Assembly (NCBI GenBank): GCA_037443085.1
Contig: JBBIPA010000008.1
Span: 1 to 54,566, forward strand
DNA length: 54,566 nucleotides
Reading direction: 5' to 3'
From: Chloroflexota bacterium
GTDB lineage: Bacteria; Chloroflexota; Dehalococcoidia; GIF9; UBA5629
A program made the position numbers and the translations under genes. The stretch's first letter is position 1. Each line of letters starts with the position of its first letter. Positions 26,455 through 34,331 of this stretch are shown piece after piece. The notes under the pieces were generated by a model that was not told the DNA's origin, did not search any database, and saw only the letters and a list, made by a program, of their open reading frames with translations.

Positions 26455-27933
26455 CAGGCCGAGATAAATGACCCCATTAAACTCCATCTCGCCGACATAG
26501 CGCGGCTCGATCACCCGTTTCGACTTCTCATCGCTGGGTTTGAGGTAGACAATGCGCAGGGCGGTGCCATGTGCTATTGCCCTTTCAATTATGGCGACCT
26601 TATCATCAACCGGGCAGGACTCTTCAGCTTTGTCATACTGGTACTTCGTCAAAAACTTCATTATCTTGTAATCTGTCCAGATATGCTTCTTGGCCAGTGG
26701 TTTCTTCAGCACAATGCCGTCCAGCCTGGTGCATCGGCTCAGGGCTACATACATCTGACCGTGGGCGAAGGTACCCCGGCCGATATCAATTATCACTTTA
26801 TCGAAGGTTTTCCCCTGGCTCTTGTGAATGGTCACCGCCCAGGCGAGCATCAGCGGATACTGGGTGAAGGTGCCCACCACCTCTGACTGTAGCTGCCCGT
26901 CCTCGATGAAAAACTTGAAAATTTCCCATACCCAGGGAGTGACCTCCACCGCTTCACCGTTGGCCAGCTCCACGAATAGCACCGGCGTGCTGTCCCGCTC
27001 GATGGCTACGGCGGCGATTTTGCCTATGGTGCCGTTTACCCAGCGCCGGCTGCCGTCGTTGGTGAGCATCATAATCTGCGCTCCAGCCTTTACCTTCAGC
27101 TCTACTGCCGTGGGCAGATACTCCTTGCCGAACTCCCCGTCGATTCTGCCGTTGAAGGTATACAGCGTGCCGTCGAGCTTATCCAGTTGCTGGTTGTTAA
27201 TGCGTTCCGCCATCTCATTGGTGGTGGTCAAATACACGTAAAAATCATCCAGGGGCGGCTCATAGTCATGCAGGTATCGCTGGTTAAGCAGCGCCAGCCC
27301 TTCTTCGGTGATGGTATTATTGCGGATGGCATTGAGCAGGCTGATGAACTGGTCGTCATGCTGCCGGTAAATCTTCTCCAGCTCGATAAATTCCATGTCC
27401 AGGCGGTCGAAGGCACTGGAGCTGAAAAAGTAAGGCGTTTCATAAATAGCAGAAAATGCCTGCCGCTCTTCGCCGCTCAGCACCGGCGGCAACTGGTAAA
27501 GATCGCCGACGAACAACATCTGAATGCCGCCGAAAGGTTTTCTCTTATCGGGACCGTGCAGCCGCAAGAAGGTATCCACGCAGTCGAGCAAATCAGCCCG
27601 CACCATGGAGATTTCGTCAATGAGAATGGCGTCCAGTTGCTTGTAGATGGAGCGCTCGCTATCACTCCGCCGCAGCTTCCTCACCTTCTCCACGGTCACA
27701 TCGGGCTTAAATTTGAAGAAGGAGTGGATGGTCTGTCCTTTCACGTTCAGCGCTGCCACGCCGGTGGGAGCCAGCACCACCACCTTCTTATTGGTGTTGT
27801 TGCGGAAGTAATCGAGCAGCGTTGACTTGCCCGTCCCTGCCCTACCGGTGACAAAGACGTGCTTGACGGTATGCTCCATCATCTCCAGCGCCTGATGGAA
27901 CTGCTCGTTGATTTCTATGGGGGTATTAGGCAC
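26380..27933 (-). CDS. PIF1/RecD-like SF1B helicase with a C-terminal WYL domain
   Basis: GRAGTGKS, APTGVAA, DEISMV, GDLYQLPP and AWAVTIHKSQGKT; the C-terminus reads I.Y......R.IEP....AFC..RKAERVFRVDRI (WYL). The likely GTG start at 27933 is coupled to the upstream small ORF. Confidence 0.88.
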   Translation of the reverse strand: MPNTPIEINEQFHQALEMMEHTVKHVFVTGRAGTGKSTLLDYFRNNTNKKVVVLAPTGVAALNVKGQTIHSFFKFKPDVTVEKVRKLRRSDSERSIYKQLDAILIDEISMVRADLLDCVDTFLRLHGPDKRKPFGGIQMLFVGDLYQLPPVLSGEERQAFSAIYETPYFFSSSAFDRLDMEFIELEKIYRQHDDQFISLLNAIRNNTITEEGLALLNQRYLHDYEPPLDDFYVYLTTTNEMAERINNQQLDKLDGTLYTFNGRIDGEFGKEYLPTAVELKVKAGAQIMMLTNDGSRRWVNGTIGKIAAVAIERDSTPVLFVELANGEAVEVTPWVWEIFKFFIEDGQLQSEVVGTFTQYPLMLAWAVTIHKSQGKTFDKVIIDIGRGTFAHGQMYVALSRCTRLDGIVLKKPLAKKHIWTDYKIMKFLTKYQYDKAEESCPVDDKVAIIERAIAHGTALRIVYLKPSDEKSKRVIEPRYVGEMEFNGVIYLGLQAFCRERKAERVFRVDRILEIEEL

Positions 27934-27934
27934 T

Positions 27935-28114
27935 CTATCCCCATCTGCCGGCGAGTATCTTCGCCAGGCGCTTATAGCCAGCGGAGGACACCCACTTTTT
28001 GGCCCACTCTTCAATGGCCTGAACACCATCGGGATACTGCTCTCTTATTTTTTCAATTTCAAGTGATGCCTCATTAGCGGCATCATCCATTTTCTTGGCG
28101 TCGAATTCTGGCAT
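27935..28114 (-). CDS. Small hypothetical protein (59 aa, absent from the ORF track)
   Basis: MPEFDAKKMDDAANEASLEIEKIREQYPDGVQAIEEWAKKWVSSAGYKRLAKILAGRWG; strong AGGAGG RBS; the stop lies 1 nt before the helicase GTG. Confidence 0.75.
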   Translation of the reverse strand: MPEFDAKKMDDAANEASLEIEKIREQYPDGVQAIEEWAKKWVSSAGYKRLAKILAGRWG

Positions 28115-28167
28115 CTCTTTCCTCCTACTCTATATATTAGCAGTTTGTTAGCAAGGGCGATGAGTCG

Positions 28168-29039
28168 AATGGTGAGCGGCGCTGTACAATACGCAGAACC
28201 AAAACATTCGAATCTAGCTTCGAATTAGCGAAATAAAGTTAGCAAATACTAATAGACCAGACTGGCTAGTATTTTGAATTCCGTCTGTGATTCGGTTACA
28301 GCTTTATATTTAGGTGGAAAGGTATTTTCATATTTTTGAAAACCATCCTCATCCACTTTAAAAACTTCGCTTTCAATAAACCTGCCAGATATTTTACGGA
28401 GAGTTCCCGGTGCTAGTTCAATGGCCATAAGTGCCACAGCGAATTTACCTTCGGAATTGGTTATATCATATCTTTCGGCACATCTGAATCCGAATCTGTT
28501 ATAATATCTTGGGTTCCCATAAATAAGGACGGCTGTAAAGCCGAGGTACTTTGCTTTATCCAACGAGTATTTGATTAGAGCGCTGCCGATGCCCTGTCTT
28601 TGATAAGTGGGCAATACGCTTACTGGTCCGAAGCTGATGACCTTGTATGTTTCCCCTGTGGCATTGATTAGTTTACCGTGAGTGTACACAATATTTCCCA
28701 CCAGTTTCCCATTAAGTTCAGCAACAAAATCCAACTCGGAAATAAAATCACTACTGCTACGCATATTATGCAAACAATAATGTTCACTGCACCCAGGAAC
28801 ATATAGATTCCAAAATGCTTCGCGAGTCAATTCTTCAACCGCTCTGTATTCATTTGTTTGTTCATTTCGAATTATCAAATTCATTTTTTTCACCAAGACA
28901 CGCTGGGGGAAACACTCCTAAGCTTGAAATTATATCACGTGGAATGACAGAGAAAGAAATAGTTATTCAATAAATGATTCAGATGATAATCTCGAAGAGG
29001 TTTTGTCTATTGTACAGTACTGTTATATCGAGCCTGAAA
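28168..29039. mobile_element. Putative non-autonomous single-gene islet integrated at the tRNA-Val(TAC) 3' end
   Basis: Degenerate tRNA 3'-end copy at 28168-28184 (12/17 identity) and a 16/19 inverted repeat pair (28182-28200 / 28999-29017) around an AT-rich GNAT gene. Confidence 0.55.
28249..28884 (-). CDS. GNAT family N-acetyltransferase (YhbS-like)
   Basis: IIRNE...VEELTREAFWN...GCSEH, GPVSVLPTYQRQGIGSALI and YYNRFGF; visibly AT-richer than its flanks. Confidence 0.9.
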   Translation of the reverse strand: MNLIIRNEQTNEYRAVEELTREAFWNLYVPGCSEHYCLHNMRSSSDFISELDFVAELNGKLVGNIVYTHGKLINATGETYKVISFGPVSVLPTYQRQGIGSALIKYSLDKAKYLGFTAVLIYGNPRYYNRFGFRCAERYDITNSEGKFAVALMAIELAPGTLRKISGRFIESEVFKVDEDGFQKYENTFPPKYKAVTESQTEFKILASLVY

Positions 29040-29115
29040 TGGTGGGCAATACTGGATTTGAACCAGTGACCTCCTGTGTGTAAGACAGGCGCTCTAACCG
29101 CTGAGCTAATCGCCC
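29040..29115 (-). tRNA. tRNA-Val(TAC)
   Basis: GGGCGATTAGCTCAGCGG...anticodon arm CCTGT-CTTACAC-ACAGG...GGTTCAAATCC...GCCCACCA. Confidence 0.95.
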
Positions 29116-29120
29116 CTAAA

Positions 29121-29197
29121 TGGCACGCCTGGTGGGATTTGAACCCACGGCCTCAGCCTCCGCAGGGCTGCGCTCTAATCCCCTGAGCTACAGGCGC
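29121..29197 (-). tRNA. tRNA-Arg(GCG)
   Basis: GCGCCTGTAGCTCAGGGGATTAGAGC, anticodon arm CAGCC-CTGCGGA-GGCTG, GGTTCAAATCC and an encoded CCA. Confidence 0.93.
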
Positions 29198-29199
29198 AT

Positions 29200-29286
29200 T
29201 GGTGCCGAAGGTGAGATTTGAACTCACACATCCTGTACGGATACTACGCCCTGAACGTAGCGCGTCTGCCATTCCGCCACTTCGGC
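29200..29286 (-). tRNA. tRNA-Leu(CAG)
   Basis: GCCGAAGTGGCGGAATGG, anticodon arm CTACG-TTCAGGG-CGTAG, long variable arm and an encoded CCA. Confidence 0.95.
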
Positions 29287-29287
29287 G

Positions 29288-29360
29288 TGGGCAGTACTGG
29301 ATTTGAACCAGTGGCCTCTTGCGTGTGAAGCAAGCGCTCTAACCGCTGAGCTAACCGCCC
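29288..29360 (-). tRNA. tRNA-Val(CAC)
   Basis: GGGCGGTTAGCTCAGCGG, anticodon arm CTTGC-TTCACAC-GCAAG and GGTTCAAATCC. CCA is not encoded; it lies 1 nt from tRNA-Leu. Confidence 0.94.
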
Positions 29361-29372
29361 CAAAGCATATCT

Positions 29373-29401
29373 ATTTTAGTCGGAAACATCGGCTTTGTAA
29401 A
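29373..29401 (-). promoter_or_regulatory. Sigma70-type promoter of the tRNA operon
   Basis: Minus-strand TTTACA-N17-TAAAAT, ending 12 nt upstream of tRNA-Val(CAC). Confidence 0.65.
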
Positions 29402-29424
29402 ACGGAGAAGCGATATTTGGGCAA

Positions 29425-29534
29425 CAGGCTGTCTGAAAATCACAATCGTAAGGTACTCGCGGGTTCCCATTGAGCCCGCGGGATCGTCACGCGCTTCGCG
29501 CTCACGATGACAATTTCTATTTTTAGATAGCCTG
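29425..29534. mobile_element. 110 bp MITE-like element (family C)
   Basis: Terminal inverted repeats caggctgtctgaaaat / atttttagatagcctg (14/16). The internal gatcgtcacgcgcttcgcgctcacgatgac is related to 42249-42290. Confidence 0.5.
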
Positions 29535-29675
29535 GTGGCAATCTTTGTTTATTCGTTCATACGTTACTTGTCCGCGCATCACCGACAGGTTATACTGAAC
29601 CTGCTGCTGGCACCTTATAGGGTCATTCTTTTTACCGAAGTTTATAAGGCAGCATAGCAGCAGCGAGCGTTACTG

Positions 29676-30146
29676 ATGAAGTGGGCATATGGACTGGTAA
29701 CGATAGTGTCTATCCTGGCAGTAATCCTGACGTTACGGTTAGCCGGTGTTTTTGAGGAGAGGGCAGCCGCTACGCCTTCCCCCAGCCTTCCTCAGGTAAC
29801 TGCGCTGCCATCGCCGCCGGTTCCGACTCCAGCTCCAGCCCCAAAGCCACCGGCTGGGTCTGCTGGTCCTCAACTGCTATCGCCCTGCAATAATTGCACC
29901 GCCGCCTGCATTACCCGGAACTGGCAATTCCAATGGCTTTCCTACAATGGGGCTACTGTGTATCGCTTCGAGCTTTCTGAGAATCCTGACCTGAGTGCAC
30001 CTCTGGTGGCGACGACGGTGGAGAGCACTTCCTATAGCTATCAGAGCGCTCTAAAGTGCGATACCCGCTATTTCTGGCGGGTGAGAGCAGTATCGCTGAC
30101 AGGCAGCGACTGGAGCCAGGTATGGAGCTTCTTAGCGACCAGGTAA
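29676..30146 (+). CDS. Membrane-anchored/secreted protein with a Pro-rich linker and an Fn3/Ig-like domain
   Basis: N-terminal TM helix and PT/PA-rich linker. The PQLLSP...F.W...Y...YFWRVRA...SDWSQVWSF domain resembles the N-domain of 23462..25477. Confidence 0.7.
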   Translation: MKWAYGLVTIVSILAVILTLRLAGVFEERAAATPSPSLPQVTALPSPPVPTPAPAPKPPAGSAGPQLLSPCNNCTAACITRNWQFQWLSYNGATVYRFELSENPDLSAPLVATTVESTSYSYQSALKCDTRYFWRVRAVSLTGSDWSQVWSFLATR

Positions 30147-30270
30147 CTGCCTCCACCCAAAATAAGCACGTTTTCTTATTTTCCCCATAGAGATTTTGCC
30201 AGTGGGCACTTAAAAAGAAGAGTTGGATTGAAAAAAATTGGCGGGCACTATAGAATAATCATTCAGTGCT

Positions 30271-31197
30271 ATGAATCCGTACAAGTATCCGCCGGTGAGC
30301 CCCCGCTTTAATTTGCAATTGAAGGAAAAGAATGGCAGTTGGCTGCATTACAGGGTCAACTTTCCTATCGCCAGCCCCACCAGCCACAAGGAGCATAATA
30401 CCGCTCTGGGCGACTATTTCCAGCCGGCCGAAGGTAATCAATGGCCACTGGCGATTTTAATTCATGGCTGGGGCGACCGTAGTCTCACGCCCTGCCGTTT
30501 GCTGGCTAAAGACCTGGCCAAGAGGGGGATGGCCAGCTTTGTATTGCACACTGTATTTCATTCCACCCGTATGCCGCCAGAGATTAAGCGCCGGTCGCCC
30601 AACCTCACCGCTGACGAATGGTTCAAGGGGTACCAGACGTCGGTTATTGACGTTCGCCAGACCATTGACTGGGCGCAGAGCAACAGGGCAATTCATCAAG
30701 ATAAGATAGCCGTTATCGGCGTTAGCCTTGGCGGTATTATCTCGGCAATCTCCATGGCGGTGGATAGACGGATACGAGCCGGAGTTATTATGATAGCCGG
30801 TGGCAACTATGAAAATCCTGAGTGGCTTAAGAAAACGGGGAATAAGAAGACGGAGGCAGAGTATGCTGAGGGTCAGCGGATGTATCAGCAGTACCTTGCC
30901 GAAGTTGCTGAAAAAGGCTTTGAAAAGGTTGAACCGCCCAAGAGAAGCTACTTAACCGACCCGATGACTTTTGCCGGCGCTCTCCGCAATCGCCCGGTGC
31001 TGATGATAAATGCCTCGCTGGATGAGAGAATCCCCAGGAAGTCAACAATTGACTTGTGGGAAGCGTCAGGAAAACCTGCCATCAAGTGGCTGCCTGGCAC
31101 TCATTCCTCGGTGTGGCTGCTCTACCCCCGCATCCGCAACGAAGTCCTCCATTTTCTCGACTCAACGTTCACTATGAAGCAGTACAGGTCTCAATAA
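30271..31197 (+). CDS. Alpha/beta hydrolase
   Basis: ILIHGWG, nucleophile elbow GVSLG, PVLMINA..D and GTH (Ser-Asp-His triad). Confidence 0.88.
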   Translation: MNPYKYPPVSPRFNLQLKEKNGSWLHYRVNFPIASPTSHKEHNTALGDYFQPAEGNQWPLAILIHGWGDRSLTPCRLLAKDLAKRGMASFVLHTVFHSTRMPPEIKRRSPNLTADEWFKGYQTSVIDVRQTIDWAQSNRAIHQDKIAVIGVSLGGIISAISMAVDRRIRAGVIMIAGGNYENPEWLKKTGNKKTEAEYAEGQRMYQQYLAEVAEKGFEKVEPPKRSYLTDPMTFAGALRNRPVLMINASLDERIPRKSTIDLWEASGKPAIKWLPGTHSSVWLLYPRIRNEVLHFLDSTFTMKQYRSQ

Positions 31198-31254
31198 GCT
31201 GTAAGTATATTACTGCGTGGTTCTGAGAACGTTGAAAGAAGCCGGCCTGACGTT

Positions 31255-31698
31255 TTAAGGTGTCTGTCTGCGGGCGGGCAGCATGGTCTGGTATCGTAAG
31301 AAGGGAGTCTTTAACAGCCCGGCAGGTTGTGTGGCATGATGACGGGTCGGGTTTACACCGTTTCTCACTGGTAAGGTGGTTCGGTACTTTTCCCACTCTT
31401 TGCGGGTTTCATAGAGCCTGGAAATGGTAGAACGTGCTAAGGGTAACTGCCCCTGGTGGGCAGGGGATACGTGATAGGCAATTGATGCGCCCTGTATTAT
31501 TCCCACCCGGTAATGATAGAAATCGCTGAATGTAGTGCGTGGGCGTGCCCGGTTCCTCAGAGCCTGCTGCTGTTCCACGCGTTTTTTGCGGGCATAGGCC
31601 AGCAAGCCCACGCCTATAAACGTGGTCACCGGCTCAGGTGCAAAAATAAGAGCTAGAGCCAATGACTCCAGCCCTGCCCAAATCGGAGTATTACTCAT
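31255..31698 (-). CDS. Hypothetical protein with an N-terminal hydrophobic hairpin
   Basis: 147 aa ATG ORF filling an intergenic gap; LIFAPEPVTTFIGVGLL followed by basic residues. Confidence 0.55.
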   Translation of the reverse strand: MSNTPIWAGLESLALALIFAPEPVTTFIGVGLLAYARKKRVEQQQALRNRARPRTTFSDFYHYRVGIIQGASIAYHVSPAHQGQLPLARSTISRLYETRKEWEKYRTTLPVRNGVNPTRHHATQPAGLLKTPFLRYQTMLPARRQTP

Positions 31699-31752
31699 TG
31701 GTATAAATTATTAAGATAATACATCACGGGATTTTTCATGTCAACAAATCAA

Positions 31753-31825
31753 CCTCTCACCCTTAATCCCTCTCCCCTTCTCAAGGAGAGAGGGAGGAAT
31801 ATTATCCAGAGGGGCCTGCCCCTCT
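31753..31825. repeat. Family B double-hairpin repeat, copy 2
   Basis: cctctcacccttaa-tccctctccccttctcaaggagagaggga ... agaggggc-ct-gcccctct, downstream of the kamA operon. Confidence 0.65.
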
Positions 31826-31859
31826 AAACTTCCCGTGCCAGGATATGGATTTTTCTGAG

Positions 31860-32342
31860 CTAGCTTAGTCGTTTCTGGAAGATGATTTTATCGTCATTGG
31901 GGGCGTAGAAGTCAGCAATGCGGCAGATAATCTCGTAACCCCGTGCTTTATGAAACCGCCGCGTTTTTTCGTAACCGGGTTGCGAAGAAGTTTCGATAAG
32001 GATGAGCCTTCCTTTTCTGGTGGTGATATCCTCCTCAGCGGCTGAGACCAGAGCCTTGCCTATGCCCCGGGTCTGCTGGGCGGGGTCTACGGCTAACCAG
32101 TACATGTCCCAGCTTCCCCTGGTCATGGGGATGGTACCATAGCAGACGTATCCTACCACTGAAGCATCATTTTCTGCTACCAGAATATAATAGCCTGAAT
32201 TGACCGGGTCGTTGAGGTAGTCATCGATGACCTCTTCAGCGACCACCAACTCCTCCGGCTCAAATTCAGGCGTATTCTGCAACATACGCATGATGTCTGG
32301 CTTGTCGGTGCCGGTCATCGCTCGTATGGTCGGCTTGAACAC
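31860..32342 (-). CDS. GNAT family N-acetyltransferase (kamA operon)
   Basis: VGYVCYG, WDMYWLAVDP...RGIGKAL and IETSSQPGY...F; the exact start is uncertain (32342 GTG or 32318 ATG). Confidence 0.88.
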   Translation of the reverse strand: MFKPTIRAMTGTDKPDIMRMLQNTPEFEPEELVVAEEVIDDYLNDPVNSGYYILVAENDASVVGYVCYGTIPMTRGSWDMYWLAVDPAQQTRGIGKALVSAAEEDITTRKGRLILIETSSQPGYEKTRRFHKARGYEIICRIADFYAPNDDKIIFQKRLS

Positions 32343-33339
32343 CTCTTACTCCTAATGCAAGCTGCACAATGTTGCCAATGAATTGGGTATAGGTCATTCC
32401 CGCAGCTCTCGCCTGCCGCGCTGCACCGGTACCCCGGTCTATATCTGGATTGGGATTGACATCGAAAACGTTAGGCTGCCCCCTGCTGTCCACCCGCATA
32501 TCGAGCCTGAGATACCCTGAGCAGTGGAGCAACCTGAACACTGACATGGCAACATGCTCAATGCTACTACGAAGCTCGGGGCTGATTTTTGCAGGACAAA
32601 CCGGTTTGGTGCTTTTGAAATAGATGCTTCCCCTCTCCCACTTGGCGGCAAAAGTCAGGATATTGGGCAGACCGGGTGGCAGGGAATAAACAATTTCAGT
32701 AATGGGCAGCACCGATGGCTCGCCATTGCCCCATACCGTAATGTTGAACTCGCGCCCGTCGACATATTCCTCTACCAGCGCTTTGCCTCCAAACTGCTGG
32801 CTTATCCTGGAAACCTGCTTCTCCAGTTGAGCTATGTCTCGCACCACGTTTTCTGAGTTCATGCCGTGGCTGGCATCCTGTCCGCAGGGCTTTACAATGC
32901 AGGGAAAAGTCAGATGAAAAGGTGATACTGTCTCTGGCTGTAACACTTGGTATCTGGGGGTAGTAATACCTGCTGCCTCCAGCATTGCCTTGGTTCTGGC
33001 TTTGTCCAGGGCAACAGCCAGAACGCTGGAGGGGCAGCCGGTATGGGTGATTCCCAGTTCAGCCAAGTAGGAGGCTATGGTAGCTTCACTCTCCGGCTGC
33101 TCGTCAAAGCCTTCGAAAAGGTTGAACACAAGACCTGTTTTTATTTTGCTCAATTTTTCTCTGGCTTGCTCCACCGGAGGGGTCAACGGGACTCGCGCCA
33201 CTGCGTATCCCACATTGTGGAGGGCACGATGCACTGCTTTCACCACGCCAATGATGCTCAGCTCAGCCGATTCCTCTCCTGCGGCCACGCTATAGCCGTA
33301 GTTCGGTTGGTTGTAGATGATGGCTATCTTCTGACGCAT
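32266..33339 (-). CDS. D-Ala-D-Ala ligase-like ATP-grasp enzyme 2
   Basis: VFNLFEG, TG...LDK, IVKP...DASHG, VEEYVDGREF, RLDMR and DVNPNPD. Confidence 0.88.
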   Translation of the reverse strand: MRQKIAIIYNQPNYGYSVAAGEESAELSIIGVVKAVHRALHNVGYAVARVPLTPPVEQAREKLSKIKTGLVFNLFEGFDEQPESEATIASYLAELGITHTGCPSSVLAVALDKARTKAMLEAAGITTPRYQVLQPETVSPFHLTFPCIVKPCGQDASHGMNSENVVRDIAQLEKQVSRISQQFGGKALVEEYVDGREFNITVWGNGEPSVLPITEIVYSLPPGLPNILTFAAKWERGSIYFKSTKPVCPAKISPELRSSIEHVAMSVFRLLHCSGYLRLDMRVDSRGQPNVFDVNPNPDIDRGTGAARQARAAGMTYTQFIGNIVQLALGVRGVQADHTSDDRHRQARHHAYVAEYA

Positions 33340-34331
33340 TGCGGGTATCTTTCCAGCGCACTATTTACTATCGTGGCAATAAGCTCCTGATAGGCCCAGC
33401 CCATTTTGCTGGCCATAATAGGGAGGTCACCGCTCCGGGGATTAAGGCCGGGCAGCGGGTTTATCTCCAGAAAATATGGCTCGCCTCTGGAGCTTATCTT
33501 GAAATCAATCCTGGCAAAGTCCCGACAACCTAGCACCTCAAATATCTTCAGGCTGGCATTCTCGATTTTCTGCAAAATGTGCGGTTCCAGCCGAGCCGGG
33601 CATTCATAGTCGACTAGGCGCTCCCAGTCCCGTTTCACTTCCAGGCAATAGATGAAATCCGGCGCATTTTGCCGGGACAGCACGCGCATTATTCCCAGAA
33701 TCCTGGGGGGTGTATTGCCCACCATGCCTACGGTGATTTCCTCGCCAGCGATAAATTGCTCCACCAGCACCGGCTGATGGTAATGCTCCAGCAGCTCAGT
33801 GGTTGCTGCCACGAGCTGGTCAACGCTCCTGGCTATTGAGCCGAAGGTGATGCCTTTGCTGGAGCCTTCGTAAGCCGGCTTGATGAAAGCAGGCAGGGGA
33901 AACGCATCCCAGTCTGTTTCTGCCAGTTGCTCACTCTGGTTAATTACATGCCACGGTGGCGTGGTAACGCCTGATGCTGCCAGGATTTTCTTGGTGAGCG
34001 GTTTATCCAGGCAGATAGCCAGGCACTGGGGGTCTGAGCCAGAGTAGGGTATATCCCGCATTTCCAGCACGGCAGGTACCTGTGCCTCACGGCTACGGTA
34101 ATTGCCCCGTCCTTCGGCAATATTGAACACCAGGTCAACACTGTGCCGGGCTATGTTAGTGAGAAATTCTTCGCCGCCGCCCAGCCTGACCACCGAATGC
34201 CCCTGGGCTTCAATGGCAACGGCAAGCGCATTTACCGTTTCCGGAGAATCGTACTCCTCAAGGGCATCATCAGGATGCCCCTGAGACAGACAGACTGAAT
34301 CCTTAAGGTCGTACGATAGCCCTATTTTCAT
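33324..34331 (-). CDS. D-Ala-D-Ala ligase-like ATP-grasp enzyme 1
   Basis: VFNIAEG..SREAQVP, YSGSD...LDK, KPAYEGSSKGI, VEQFIAGEE, ARIDF and EINPLPGL; likely ATG start at 34331. Confidence 0.9.
   Translation of the reverse strand: MKIGLSYDLKDSVCLSQGHPDDALEEYDSPETVNALAVAIEAQGHSVVRLGGGEEFLTNIARHSVDLVFNIAEGRGNYRSREAQVPAVLEMRDIPYSGSDPQCLAICLDKPLTKKILAASGVTTPPWHVINQSEQLAETDWDAFPLPAFIKPAYEGSSKGITFGSIARSVDQLVAATTELLEHYHQPVLVEQFIAGEEITVGMVGNTPPRILGIMRVLSRQNAPDFIYCLEVKRDWERLVDYECPARLEPHILQKIENASLKIFEVLGCRDFARIDFKISSRGEPYFLEINPLPGLNPRSGDLPIMASKMGWAYQELIATIVNSALERYPQCVRR

Noticed and set aside
32266-34331. ddl/van-type cell-wall or vancomycin-resistance ligases
   Set aside because: They lack the N-terminal GGxSxEH and HG..GEDG motifs of true Ddl/Van ligases and have no mur/van context.
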